Shown in pieces: positions 27,871 through 42,453 of a stretch of 64,000 bases of DNA; positions within the stretch are counted from its first letter, which is position 1, and each line of letters opens with the position of its first letter. A model generated the notes under the pieces. The model searched no databases, was not told the DNA's origin, and worked only from the letters and a program-made list of their open reading frames with translations. Both the position numbers and the translations under genes were made by a program. Origin of the DNA: Chrysomallon squamiferum (Eukaryota; Animalia; Mollusca); the NCBI GenBank assembly GCA_012295275.1, contig CM022666.1, positions 14,198,001 to 14,262,000 on the forward strand, in the 5' to 3' direction.

Positions 27871-28153
27871 TTATTTGGGGTTTTTCTTTATTAGCTTTAG
27901 GCTTCTTTACTTTCTTTCTTCTGTCTTCATTTTCCTTTCCTTTGTTTGTTTGTTTCTTTCCTTCTTTCGTCTTTCCATCTGATCGTTCCTTCGTTCAGTT
28001 GTCTGTTCTTTTTTCTTTTTGTAATTTTTCTTTTCGCAGTTATTCTTTCTTTCATTTCTTTTTTCTATCAACAACGTTTATATAATCTCTCAATTATCTC
28101 ATAATTCATCATTTCATTTCACATTTTGCTATAATTACTTATTTTTTATTATT

Positions 28154-28185
<32 letters not shown>

Positions 28186-28464
28186 TATCATCATAATCAT
28201 TATTATTATTGCACCACGCTTTCCTTATGGAACAGAAATCTGAAACTAAAAAAAACCCAACATAATTATTACGTAATTGGTTTGTATTTTATTTTATTAA
28301 TAATATTGATTATTTACTACTGCAGTTCCTTCAAACCTCGAAACAGAAGTGATGTCAGTGATGAAGGCAAAAAGATGATGATTTTAATGATGGTTGTGAA
28401 AACGATATTCTAGAAAATAAGGCAACAAAACATGATGACAGTAAATCTGGAAGACGTAGAGAAG

Positions 28465-28503
<39 letters not shown>

Positions 28504-28514
28504 TGGATATGATG

Positions 28515-28546
<32 letters not shown>

Positions 28547-28592
28547 CATAATAATGATGATGATAATAATAATAATGATGATGGTGATGTTC

Positions 28593-28630
<38 letters not shown>

Positions 28631-29320
28631 GATGATACTAATAATAATGATGATGATGATGATGGTAGTAATAATAACAACATAAATAAGTGAGAGAATG
28701 AAAAACGTGTGAGATATTGTTCATTGTCATTTAAAAAAGATTTATTAGTTACCATGACAACGAACAAACGCGCACACACACACACACACACACAACACAC
28801 ACACGAACACATACACGTTCATATAGACAAACATACAAATCTACACATATACAAGCATTTACATATTCTTAGTCACACGACTGTTTATTTTAATGACTTG
28901 ACGCGACATCTGCAAAGCTGAAACAAAATTTGACCTTGACACATGCATTCCTGCCACGCCACCTGTATCTCGACGGACAGATCCCGGGAGACATGTCTGA
29001 TTTCATTAACGTCACACTAATTAGAGGGACAGCGCGCGCGGTACGTCACAGCAGATGGCTTGTGACGTACTGTGTCGTAAATAGTTTACTTTCATTTGAT
29101 TACGGTAATAAAGATACAGAACAATGTATGCACATGCAAAGGGTTTCAAATATGCAGACATAATCATACAGTTGTGGACACGTATGTATGCATTTAGATG
29201 TTTTTGTATATTTGTTTGTGTGTGTGTGTGTGTATTTGTGTGTGTGTGTATATTATATTTAATGAGACATATACATACATAACAAACATATACGCATACC
29301 CGCATACATTCATACACTCA

Positions 29321-29360
<40 letters not shown>

Positions 29361-29453
29361 TGCTGGAGAACCTGAAAGGGATTTAAATTTTTTTTTTTCA
29401 AAACTGTAATAATAATAATAAAAAAAAAACAACAACAACAACAACAACAATAA

Positions 29454-29486
<33 letters not shown>

Positions 29487-29785
29487 AAAGACAGAAACAG
29501 TAAGAAGAAACAAAGAAAAAGTAAAACGAGAAAGTATTTACATGAAAGTATTTTCACAACTGTCACAACTGTCACAACTGCGATACAGTCAGACGAACAG
29601 AAAACTGGAGCATCAACACGGTAATTGATTTTGTTGAAGAGGGACTGACCGAAATAAAATCGGAAATCTCGCCTTCTCCATGGAATTCGAAACAAACTGA
29701 ACGAATAATGAAATATTAATATCCTACTTGTAGCGTGCACTCAGAGGGGGCTGACCAGAACAAACTAGTTTGAGAGAGACATACG

Positions 29786-29828
<43 letters not shown>

Positions 29829-31207
29829 GTAAATATATAAATAAATAAATAAAAGTCTAAGGTCTGTTAAAAAAGAGGAGACTGGAATCCATTTTGATTT
29901 CGTTTCCTTTCTGCTCGTGGTTTAATTATAAGAAAATAAAATACAGGGAAAGAAGCAGAGAGAAAGAATGAAAATATTAAAAAAAAAAAAAAAAATGATT
30001 AAACTCATTCCTGAAAGACGATATGTAAACTGAGAATGAAAGAAATAATGTAAAAGTGAAGAAAAGAAAGAAAGAAAGAAAAAGAGAGAAAGCAAGAAAA
30101 GGTTTGTGTGTCTTTCTTTCTTTGTGTGCTTGTGTATATCTGTGAATAAACGGATATAAATACATACACACACACACGCACTCACACACACACATACACA
30201 CATAAACTAAAACAAAACAAAAAAACAACACCTAAATAACATTAACTAAAAATAAACAACAAAAACGTATTACAACCGAAAACAGACACAACTCTGATGT
30301 AGCGAGAATTTAATCAGAAAGTACACACCACAGGTGAACGTGTTTTACCTGCTAACTTTAGACGAACATTGTTCTACCTGTTAACCACTTCAGGTGAGAA
30401 ACACCTGTTTTACTTATAAAAAAAATACACCTTACACAGGTGCGCATCATGTTTCCATGAACACAAAAATGCAGACGATGTTTCTAATAGCACAAAAGTA
30501 CCTGCCATGTTTTCATCAGTAGCCTCGTTCTGAAATATCTGACATCGTTACTCCCCCTGGAATGAGCAGACGTGTTTCTGTTTTTCGCTTGCACTGACAA
30601 GTTCGTTGGTGGGTTTTGTTTTTAGAATGTTTACGGTAAGGTTAAACGAGCGAGACAAATATTTGCAGCGAAGCTTCAGAAGAATTCGCTTTAACCAAAC
30701 GTAAAGACAAGATCAATTATACTCAGTTAGAATTTCAGTTTTGTTAATAGCAGCATATACAGCAACATGGTCTGAACAAACAAAGCTGACTGAAGTACAG
30801 GATCAGTAATAATAATAATAATAATGACAACAACAACAACAACAATAATAATAATAGTAACAACAACAACAATAACAACAACAATATTAATAATAATAGT
30901 ATCAAGAAGAAGAAGAAGAATAGCCGTAGTGGTTGTAGTAATTGTAATAACAATAGTAATAATAGTAGTTGTTGTTATGGTAACAATAGTAATAGAATTA
31001 GTAATAACAGTAATGTACTAGTAGAAGTAGTGTTAGTAGCAGTACTAGAATAGTAGCACTAACAACAATAGCTGTGAATTTAATCGTAACATTAGTAGTA
31101 ATAACGATGATAATGGTGATGATAATGATGATGATGATGATGATGATGATGATATTTACTTTCTTTTCTTTTTTTTTTTAATTACTAATACAATTTCTAC
31201 ACTTGTC

Positions 31208-31242
<35 letters not shown>

Positions 31243-31709
31243 TAATAATAGCAACAATTACAAAGGAGGAGCAACAACAGCTGAGCAAAAACAACAACAA
31301 CAACAACTGCAGCAACAATAACGACAATAACAAAAGAAGAAGGAACAAAAATAATACTAAACGTACGAAAACAGGATCTCTCGGTTTTTAAATAGGTGAA
31401 ATGAAGATAATAAAAATCATCCAACAGAGAGAAAACGAAAAAAAAAAAAAAAAAAAAAAAACCGTCTAACTCAGCACGTAAATATATCTGAAATTATTAT
31501 TATTTTTTTTTAAACTGATTACTTCTCTCAGCAGGTTTCGTTTTAATAGCGTATTCCTTGTTCAGTATTTTGTCGAAAAATTTGGCCGAGAGAAAAAAAA
31601 TTCTTTGTCTGTGCTTACTATTGTATCTGTCGAAATAACGTTTTGTTTTCTTTCTTTATTCTTCTTCTTTTTTTTTTTTTGGTCATTGTTCGATCATTAG
31701 CGATCTATT

Positions 31710-32015
31710 TTTTTCTTTCTTGATATTTCATTTTACTTTATTTATTACTTTTTTATACTTATTTTTTTTCTAATTGCTTTTGTAACAGATTATGTTACTA
31801 ACAAACAATACTTAAAGAAAAGACAAATGCTATTTCAATTGATGGCGGTAGTAATAATAATCATTTTTTCTTTCTTGACATTTCATTTTATTTTATTTAT
31901 TACGTTTTTATACTTTCTTTCCTAATTGCTTTTATAACAGTTCATGTTACTAACAAACAATATTTAAAGAAAACAGAAATGTTAATACAATTGATGGCGG
32001 TAGTAATAATAATAA
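31710..32015. repeat. Tandem duplication of about 150 bp
   Basis: ttttctttcttga..tttcatttta...ctaattgctttt.taacag...atgttactaacaaacaata.ttaaagaaaa...caattgatggcggtagtaataataa occurs twice. Confidence 0.88.
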
Positions 32016-32671
32016 TAGTAGTAGTAGTAGTAGTAGTAGTAATAGTAGTAGTAGTAGTAGTTTTAGTACTAATAGTATAGTAGTAGTAATAGTATTATTA
32101 TTAATAGTAGTAGTAGTAGTAGTAGTACTAGTAATAGCAGAAATTACAGCAATATTAGTGGTAATAGCAATACTTAGGGTAGAATAGTAGTAGCAGTAAT
32201 TGTAGTAGTAGTAATAGCAGTTTTAGTAGTAGTTGTACTAGTGTTTCTAGTGATTATAGTACTAGTAGTAGCTGCAGCAATAGTAGTTATAGTATTACCA
32301 CTACAAGTGTTCCTAATACTACTACTTGTGCAGCTACAATCACTACCACTACTGCTATTACTACAACTTCAACTACTACTACAACAAATTTTACTACTAC
32401 TACTACTACAACTTCTTCAACTACGACAACTGGCGCAGATACTACTACTACTACTACTATTACAGTCTCCTCAACTACTACTGCTAGTGCACTACTATTA
32501 CTACAACAACTTCTTCGACGACTACTACTACTATTACAACTACTACTACTGCTACAGCTATTGACGTTGCTCCCACAGTGAGCGACACAACGTGTCCTTG
32601 TTTACGTAACACAACACGACTGAAATATTTACTAAGATTCTAAGTCACTTCAAAATGAGGCGCGGCTTGTT

Positions 32672-32973
32672 TTGAAAGACTACACTAGTTTTGAAAGACT
32701 ACACTAGTTTTACACTAGTTTCACTAAGAACAGTTTCTCTGTTACACTGACAGAGCCTGACAACACTTTGAAACTAATACCTGACGTTTTTTTAAACACA
32801 GAAATAGAAACACACCAAAGAACACTGTCTGAAAATAAACAAGTTAAAACCCCCAAAAATCTTCTGATGTATTAGGCATTTTAATTGTAGACTACGTACA
32901 TCTCTCTGTGTGTCTGTTTTATTATATACATATATATATATATATATTTGTGTATATAGGTGTGTATGTACTG

Positions 32974-33022
<49 letters not shown>

Positions 33023-33692
33023 TGTATGTATGTATGTATGTATGTATGTATGTATGTATGTATGTATGTATGTATGTATGTATTTATGTATTTTAGTATT
33101 TGAATATTCTCTGTCTTATGTACGTCTGAATAGACTCTGCACACAGACAATATTCGAGAACGCACTGGGACAGGATTACAAATCCATTCACGACCTCACA
33201 AACACGTCAGATGCCGCTGACGAGACTCGAACATGTGGCACCCATTCACCAGCAGTCCGAAGACTTATTTATATAAATATACGAATGTATGTATACATGC
33301 ATGATGGAATGTATTTAGTTTTGTATTATATTCAGGTGTATAATAGTTATATAAGTATATATGCATGCATGTCCGTACGTCCGTATGTCTCTATGTGTCT
33401 GTGTGTGTGCATGCTCCTGTGTGAGTGAAGCAGTGTAAAATATGAATATCGTACGGAGGAAAGGATGAGATGAATGGAAGTTAAGCTGACACATCGAGTG
33501 ACTTGTTTACTTGAAACACGAGATGTTACTGATAGTTATGCAGCGGTCATTGCTGGGTAGATTATCACCTGAATTATAATTACTGACCATTCACGAAGTA
33601 ACGATATTTAGCTGGTAATAAACACTTAACAAATTCACTACAAAACAAAATATTCTTCAGAAAACTGAAAAGATTTGTGAGATTAATCTTGT
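32672..33692 (-). mobile_element. About 1-kb composite repeat (modules C, A, (ATAC)n, B on -); probable non-autonomous element
   Basis: Every module has a diverged homolog elsewhere in the window (14.9, 26.9-27.3, 58.1-59.1 kb); no coding capacity; termini not defined. Confidence 0.55.
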
Positions 33693-35114
33693 TATGTATT
33701 TTATTTTTTTTATTTTATTTTATTTTATTTTATTACATTTATTTATTTATTAATGTCACTTTTAATCTAGATCCTTCTAGAAAGCCTCGTTTCAAGACAA
33801 ACTACAAGTAGGACATTAATAATTCCGTATTTGTTCAGTTTGTATCATATTCAGTGGAGATGGAGAAATTACCGATTTTATTATTTATTTATTTATTTAT
33901 TTACTTACTTACTCACTTATTTATTTGTTTATTTATTTATTTATTTGTTTGTTTGTTTGACATATGCATGTATATGGATATATTTATGTATGTGTGAATG
34001 TGTATGCATATATATATATATATATTTATGTATGTATTAGTAGTAGTAGTATTTGTGGTTGAAATAATAATGGTAAAAATGTTATTGGCAGTTTTCTGGT
34101 ATACGTAGTAGTAGTAGTAGTAGTTGTTGTTGTTGTAGTAATAGTATTAATAGTAGTAGTAGCAGAAGCAGAGAGAGGAGTGGTAGTCACATTGGCAATT
34201 TTGGAAATCATGATATAAGTGATATTGTCAGCAGTAGTAGTAGTAATAGTAGTAGTAGTAGTAGTAGTACTAGCACTTGTTGCAGTAATATCAGTAGTAA
34301 TGATACAATAGTAGTTGTTGTTGAAATAGCTGGAGTAGTAGTAGTGGCTGTACTAGTTTTAGTAATTGTTATAGTAATAATAGTAGCAGTAGTAATCATA
34401 GTGGTAATAGTTAAAATAATAGTAGCAGTAGTTATAACAGTAATAACAGTAATAGTAGTAATAGTTACAGTAGTAGTAGTAGTAGTTATAGTAGCGGTTA
34501 AAATAGTAGTAATAGTAGTGGTAGTAGTAATAAACATACTTGTAGCAACAGCAATTACAGTAATAACTATAGTACCAGTACTATTAGTATAGCTGAAATA
34601 GTTGTAGTAATAAAAGTAGAAGTATTAGTAGTAATGGCAGTAGTAGTAGTTGTTGTTGTGAAAGAGTTGAAGACGTTGATGAATATTACTGTGTTATTCT
34701 TCGTTCTTTGCTTCCAAATTAATCCCCGATTTCTTATTAATTAGTTGTTCTGTGGTTTCGAATCCTCTACCCAGGGGCGGGTACAAAAAATCAAGGGAGG
34801 TCAAGAAGTTCTGGGCAAAAAGGGCAATCTTCATTTCGCTCAAAGCTAAAGGACCCACCTTTGGTAAAGCTCGAGATTTGCTAAGGGGAGGTAATTTAGA
34901 ATGTTGTAAAAAAAAAAACTTGACTAGATTTAGTTGTTTAAGTTTCAGTGGTGATAATCTTTGTATGAAATTTCTTTTGAATTAAGTCATTTACATAATA
35001 TCGTTAACTTGATCATCAGTTATCTCCCTTTGATGTGGAATTAAATTTGGTCAAAGCGATGAATGTTGGTTAACTGTGATTTTAGCTAATAGTATTATAT
35101 CCACGATTATATGC

Positions 35115-35432
35115 AACTGAAATTAATATGTTAATAACAAAGTACTGAGTTAATATTGTTACATAGATTTGTTAATTAATATTAGCACCAAGCGGTCGGT
35201 GATACTGGCTTATGAATATTAATCAAACATTTTTAAATATAGTTTTAAATCCGTTATAATAATCAGCGAGTTCAGTGCACATGCAATGCTTAGTAACTGT
35301 AACTGAAATTAATGTGTTAAATTGAAATTGTTACTTAAGTTTATTAATTAATATTAGTTCGCAGGACGCTGGCAATAGGTTTATCAGCATTAGTCGTGAG
35401 TTTTCAGATATAGTTTTAACTCTGTAATAACA
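35115..35432. repeat. Old diverged tandem duplication (about 185 bp)
   Basis: aactgaaattaat.tgttaa...ttaattaatattag...atatagttttaa at about 35115 and 35301. Confidence 0.65.
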
Positions 35433-35567
35433 ATTTTATTGTTCTTGTTGTTGTGGTTGTTTCTTTCGTCTGTCTGTTTTAACGAGATATAACGTCGTAG
35501 CTGTTGTTACAACGTAGGCCTTGTTATTTTTTATAACAAAAACAACAGTAATAATAATAATAATAAT

Positions 35568-35635
<68 letters not shown>

Positions 35636-36616
35636 TGTTATTGTTAAAAATTGGATTGAAATGACATGACATTTTAATAAAATCTGCAATCAGGACCCAA
35701 CATTAGACTTTTTTAAATGTTAAGCTACACAACATCAGACTATTTCTTTCTACTTGCACTGAACATTAATTACAGAATAAAGATACTTGAAAAATGATAT
35801 TAATTAAATATTTATCTGCCAGAGATCGTCTGCAGCAAGCAGGAAAAGCGATAGAGAGAGAAAAATAATAATAATAAAAAAAAGAAAAAAAAAAATTAAA
35901 AAGAAAGAAGAATTATTGTAAATCATTCGCAGATTTCGTGTTTCATCGATCGATTTTACTTCTTCTGTTTGTTGCGCAATTTAATTTTGAAAACTGTATC
36001 CTCAAAATGCCAGCGAGCCTGTTCTTTCTGCCGTTGTATTTCCGCCCCTGTCGGTAACCAATTTGCATCCGCTTTACTTTTACAAAGAGAAATATTTACA
36101 GAACATGAATCTGCTTGTTTGCTTAGATTAATTACGTTTATTTGCCTTCACTAATACTTTTTTTTTTTTTCTCTCTCTCTCTCTCTCTCTCTTCCTTTGT
36201 TCCTTTTTCTCTCTTAATCTTATGCGTTTTTACTTCTCAGCCCACTCACTGCTGCAATTATGAGAGCCTCCTTTTCATTGGCTCGTGGCGAAGCAGACGA
36301 TAACAGCGGCAAAGACTAAGAGGCGAAACGAAGTTAATTGAACGATGATAACCGTTGGGGATGCACTCTTGTTCGGTTGTTAATGCAAATAATGATAGGT
36401 GATCAGTGTTTACAGTCGCAGAATTGACATTCGTGACGGAAGTACGAATCAAGTAATGTGCGTAGCCTTCGTCGGTTGAAGGTCTTCGTCTTATTTCGTT
36501 GATCACCTTGGAAAAGCTCGAAGATTTTTAATTCGGTAAGCAGTTGCGTTAATTAAGAGTTTTATTTATAACACTTCTGTGTTTAGTTTCAGTTTTATTT
36601 ACGTATTTATCTATTA

Positions 36617-36650
<34 letters not shown>

Positions 36651-38525
36651 GTTGTTGTTTTTATTATGATTAGTATTATGATTATTATTATTATCATCAC
36701 CATCATCATCATTATTATAACTATTTTATTATTGCTGTTGTTGCTGTTTATGATGTTATTTATTCAATATAAATATTATGGTTAGGAACAGCAGCAGCAG
36801 CAACAAAAATAACAACAGTAATATTAATAATAGTAAAAACAATATGAATGAAGGGATTACAGTTTAAAGTTACAGTTTGTTTAATGTTAAACAAAAAGAA
36901 AAAAATATATTATATATCTTTCAATTTTTTTTTTTCTGTCTGCCCGTCTTTTTCTTAGAGTGCTGGTTTCAGGTAGCAGTTAGTAAATCCGTACGGAGAG
37001 TCAAGTTTCAAATTATTTTATTTTACAAACATTTCAGGTTTTCATATTGTAATTTAATTGTCGACGCCAGTGTGAAGGTTAGTCTTATCAGAACACGAAT
37101 AAATAAAATAAAAATATATAAACTTTTGACAACCAAATATCTCCTGACCCGTTTCCAGAACTAATCAATACTAATATGACAAGAATGAAATATGCGATTT
37201 TGCGATTATCACATAAAATATCTGGGAGACAGTGGTGCGTGCTGTCCTGTGGGAGATTATCGGGGCTCTGAGCTAGTGTTTGGAAAGCTAGATTAAATCT
37301 GATGTGGGCGGTTAGACGAAAAGTCAGAAGGTCAGAAAGGGATTGATGATAACGTTTTTTTGTCTGCTAACGTTAATTTGTGATTTTAGTTTTAGAGAGA
37401 ACATTTGTCACTCGTATAGAACTATAGATAGTTTATAACTCTTCAGATACTGAATAAAGATGTAGTAGTATTAATAGCAGTAGTGGTAGTCGTGGTGGTA
37501 GTAGTAGTGGGAGTAAAGTTAATAGTTAAAGTAGTAGTGATGCTGTAGTCGTGGTGGTAGTAGTAATAGCAGTATAAATGTAGCAGTCGTTGTTGTAGTA
37601 GCAGTAGTTGTAGCAGTGAGTGATAGTTAAAGTGATAGGTAGAAGCAACTATAGTAACAGTAATAGAAACTTTTAGTAATAGTAGTAGTATTAGTAGTAG
37701 GAGTAGTAGGAGTAGTAGGAGTAATAGTAGTAGTAGTAGTAGCAGCAGTAGTAGCAGTAGTAGTAGTAGACGTATTAGTACTAATAACAGTAGTAGTACT
37801 GGTACCAGTAGTATCAAATCAGCAGTGGTTGTGGTTATGGTTGTTGCTGTTGTTGTCGTCATCGTTACTGAGTCTGTTTTGATTTGGTAATGATGTAGAA
37901 GCCAGACACTGAAACCTCAGTTTAGTGTTTTCCTAAACAAACGTTTCTCAACATCACCGGCTTCAGTAATAAGTTTAACAAGTCTCAATACATTTTCTCT
38001 CTTGTGGCTTTAGAACAAATGTCTGAAACGAGAGGGGGGGGGACACGAAATAAAGCTTCCTTTGCTTACAGATTAAGTTATTTACGAATCTCTTTCTGTT
38101 CCGAACGTGTATGAGTAAAAAACGTTTATGAGTAGGTGTATAATATTATTATTATTACAGCTAACAGATATGTGAAGGTCGTGGAATGGCGACAGCTGGC
38201 TCATTTTCTGATATCAGCATGAAATACACTCACGCTCAGATACGCACACGCACACATAAAAATGCGCACTCGAACACTTGTATATACATACTCATATACT
38301 GACACATGCAGGATACTAGGTAATGAAGAAAAGTATATTAGTTTGACTACAAATCGTGAAAGCTATGGCTTGTCATCAGTTATTTATCTATTTCCTTTCA
38401 CAAGTGATGTTTTGTCTTCGATATACATAAAGGTTAATAACAATAATTCCAGTAATTATAAATAATAATATTAAATAAATAAATTAAATAGTAGTAATAG
38501 TAATAGTAATGATAATATTAATAAC

Positions 38526-38565
<40 letters not shown>

Positions 38566-38618
38566 GTAGTAATAATAATAATAATAATAATAAGTAATAA
38601 TTATAATAATAATAATAA

Positions 38619-38666
<48 letters not shown>

Positions 38667-40254
38667 TAATAATAATAATAATAATTCCACGTCGACGATG
38701 TTTTGCAAGTCCTACGTCCAGGATTTGCCTCTGAAATCCTGCTAAAGATCTTATCAAACAAATGTGAGACCAAATTATCTCTCGTTTATTTGTATCTAAC
38801 ATTTTCAAACACTAATCCTGCCTTCACCAAACAACATAACGCACGTGATCCTGTGCACCGTGCTCAGTGCTCATTGAATGTATTTAATTAATCGTCCCAG
38901 AGCACATTTACGCATAGAATAAGAAGGTGAATAAACATAATTTCTATCAATGTTTAAAAGAAAAGACAGTAAGTAATAAGATTTCCTATAATAGACAAAA
39001 AGAAAACTTCTAATAAAATCTTTATGCAGATCCATCTGATTAGATATGTAAGAGTACATCAGAGTTTTATTTTACTTATTAATTTTACAGTTTCCTATTA
39101 TGGCTGATGTAAATAAACCATAGTGTAATAGCCAGATTTTCTGGGAGTGTTTTTTTTCTATCTTTTTATGCATACATATATACATACGTATATATACGCA
39201 TACACATACACACCCACAAACAAACACACACACATAAAATCACTTTTAAAAAATTCATCTCTTAAATTACACATTTCTTCAACGATAAATATTTTTGTTA
39301 TGATTTTAGTCAACTATCTAAGATACGCTTAGGTTCAGTGAAGGTTCAAGCACGTTTGTAATGCGCTCTTTATGGATGAAAATTCCTGCAGTTAGAGCAG
39401 AAAAGTGTATACGTGTATACCTGTGTATATTGAGAACACTTCATTTAACACAATAATAAGAACGAGGAAGTAACCATTGTTGTCATTACAATGATAATAT
39501 TTTAATATTATATACTATAAAAAAAATATATATTTAATACGTTGACTTTATTTGATATTAAAAATGAAAACAGATATTGTTACTGATCAGAAATTTAATC
39601 GGCATCTTCGAAGTTTGAAATTTATATCACATGGAAAGAGAGATAACGCATTTTGTATAAGTTTAAAAAAAAAAATAACAGAAAAAAGAAAAGAAATTAG
39701 TATTAATAAAAGTTAATAACAAAATAGTTACACAGATACAGTATGTGTATCCGATGAGGTAAGCTAACATACACAGTAGTGTGGGAGTGTGGTCCATCCA
39801 CCCAAACAAAGCGCCACCTATCGTGCATTTGTGAATTACGGTAAGCATCAACTATTCCTAAGGTGATCAAGCGTTGGCTTCAGACCTAAAGAAAGAAAGA
39901 AAAAATAAAGAATGTTATTACTGCTACTACTATTGCTTCTGCTAAAACTACAACTACTACTACTAATGATGTTACTATTACTATTATTACTGCTACTATC
40001 ACTACTACTGCTGCCACCGTTACTACTACTACTACCACTACTACTACTACTTCACTACTACTTCATACTACTTTTGCAGCTTATTCTATATCGTTACTCC
40101 TACTGCTACCATTAAGTAACACCTTACTATAACTTCCTTTACTGTTTCTGCTAATACTACTTCTGCTGTTACTAGTGGCTAATTGTTACTGTTGCTGTTA
40201 TCATTAGTGCTACTAGTTTCTTTTGCTATATCGTCTGCTGGTCCTAATATTACT

Positions 40255-41325
40255 AATTCTACTATTACTGTTACCGTTTCTGCAACCTTTATTACTATAA
40301 TTACTACTTTTACTATTACTATTACCGTTTCTGCAACCTTTATTACTATAATTACTACTTCTATTATTACTATTACCGTTTCTGCAACCTTTATTACTAC
40401 TTCTACTATTACCGTTACCGTTTCTGCAACCTTTATTACTTTTGTTACTACTTCTACTATTACTATTACCGTTTCTCAACCTTTATTACTTTTATTACTA
40501 TTTCTACTATTACCGTTACCGTTTCTGCAACCTTTATTACTACTTCTACTATTACCGTTACCGATTCTGCAACCTTTATTACTATTATTACTACTTCTAC
40601 TATTACCGTTACCGTTTCTGCAACCTTTATTACTACTTCTACTATTACCGTTACCGTTTCTGCAACCTTTATTACTATTATTACTACTTCTACTATTACT
40701 GTTACCGTTTCTGCAACCTTTATTACTATTATTACTACTTCTACTATTACTGTTACCGTTTCTGCAACCTTTATTACTACTTCTACTATTACTATTACCG
40801 TTTCTGCAACCTTTATTACTACTTCTACTATTACCGTTACCGTTTCTGCAACCTTTATTACTATTATTACTACTTCTACTATTACTATTACCGTTTCTGC
40901 GACCTTTATTACTATTATTACTACTTCTACTATTACTATTACCGTTTCTGCAACCTTTATTACTTTTATTACTACTTCTACTATTACTATTACCGTTTCT
41001 GCAACCTTTATTACTATTATTACTACTTCTACTATTACTATTACCGTTTCTGCAACCTTTATTACTTTTATTACTACTTCTACTATTACTATTACCGTTT
41101 CTGCGACCTTTATTACTATTATTACTACTTCTACTATTACTATTACCGTTTCTGCAACCTTTATTACTTTTATTACTACTTCTACTATTACTGTTACCGT
41201 TTCTGCAACCTTTATTACTATTATTACTACTTCTACTATTACCGTTTCTACAACCTTTATTACTATTATTACTACTTCTACTATTACTATTACCGTTTCT
41301 GCAACCTTTATCACTATTATTACTA
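40255..41325. repeat. Minisatellite, about 22 units of mostly 51 or 42 bp
   Basis: Unit accgtttctgcaacctttattactattattactacttctactattactatt; the 42-bp variant lacks 9 bp. Confidence 0.95.
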
Positions 41326-41748
41326 CCATTACCCTTGTTACTACTAGTACCACTCATAATGACACTTATAGTCATCTTCCAGCTATTGCTACACCTACCA
41401 ACTAATATAGATTTTAAAAATCAATCGAGAATAATTCTAGATATCTTTACCTTCTTTCGAGAATCGCCTATCACGTTACTGTCTTTTTAGAAAGTGCTTA
41501 ATGCCAAAGTTTACCATCTGCATTCCAAAGAGCAGCGAGTTGGGGATGTCGCAGTAAAATTGCCGCGGGTTCTTCTCGTCCAAACTGTTGTAGCTGTCCC
41601 ACTGACTTTTATCCCGAAGAAAAATGACTTCTTGCAAATCACATCTCTTTATTTTCCAGCTGTTAACGAGCAGGCTGGCATACAAATGTGTCATTTGAAT
41701 CCTCGGCTGCTAATAAAATGGCATTGTTAATTTTTTTAATTTTTTTAA

Positions 41749-41779
<31 letters not shown>

Positions 41780-41909
41780 ATAGAGAAGTGTGAGATTTTT
41801 TTTTTTTTGGTATGTCATTCTTATTTATGTTATTTTATTTTATTTTATTTTATTTTATTTTATTTTATTTTATTTTTTTATTTTATTTTATTTTATTTTA
41901 TTTTATTTA

Positions 41910-41996
<87 letters not shown>

Positions 41997-42422
41997 GTTG
42001 TTGGTGGTGGTGGTGGTAGTGGTGATGTTGGTGCTTCTGCTTTTTCAGTCGCTGTTGCTGGTAGTAATATTCGTAATAGAAGAAGACGTGGTGGTAGTAG
42101 TACTAGCAGCAGAAGCAATAATCGCAGTAATACTGAAAACAGAAGACTACAGTGAAAAAAAAACAATATTTTTAAAGAAACAAACGTGTAGGGAGTGAAC
42201 GATATCCTACATTCCAAAACACACAATTTAGGAAATAGGAATTACAACCTTCTTAAATAATCTGTCTATTTCAAACTGAAATTACATATCAGAGAAAAAC
42301 AAATTATTCAAAGACAAATTTTTAGTGCAATAACTGATTTTGACAAATGTGTTGTTGTTTTTTAAAATCAAAGAAACTGTGGACGTTTTAAAATAAAGAT
42401 TAAATAAATAAATAAATAAATA

Positions 42423-42453
<31 letters not shown>

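Noticed and set aside
40183-41490. 435-aa ORF resembling a signal peptide plus mucin, and overlapping ORFs
   Set aside because: Starts at TTG, changes repeat frame near 40476, and is explained by the stop-poor minisatellite.
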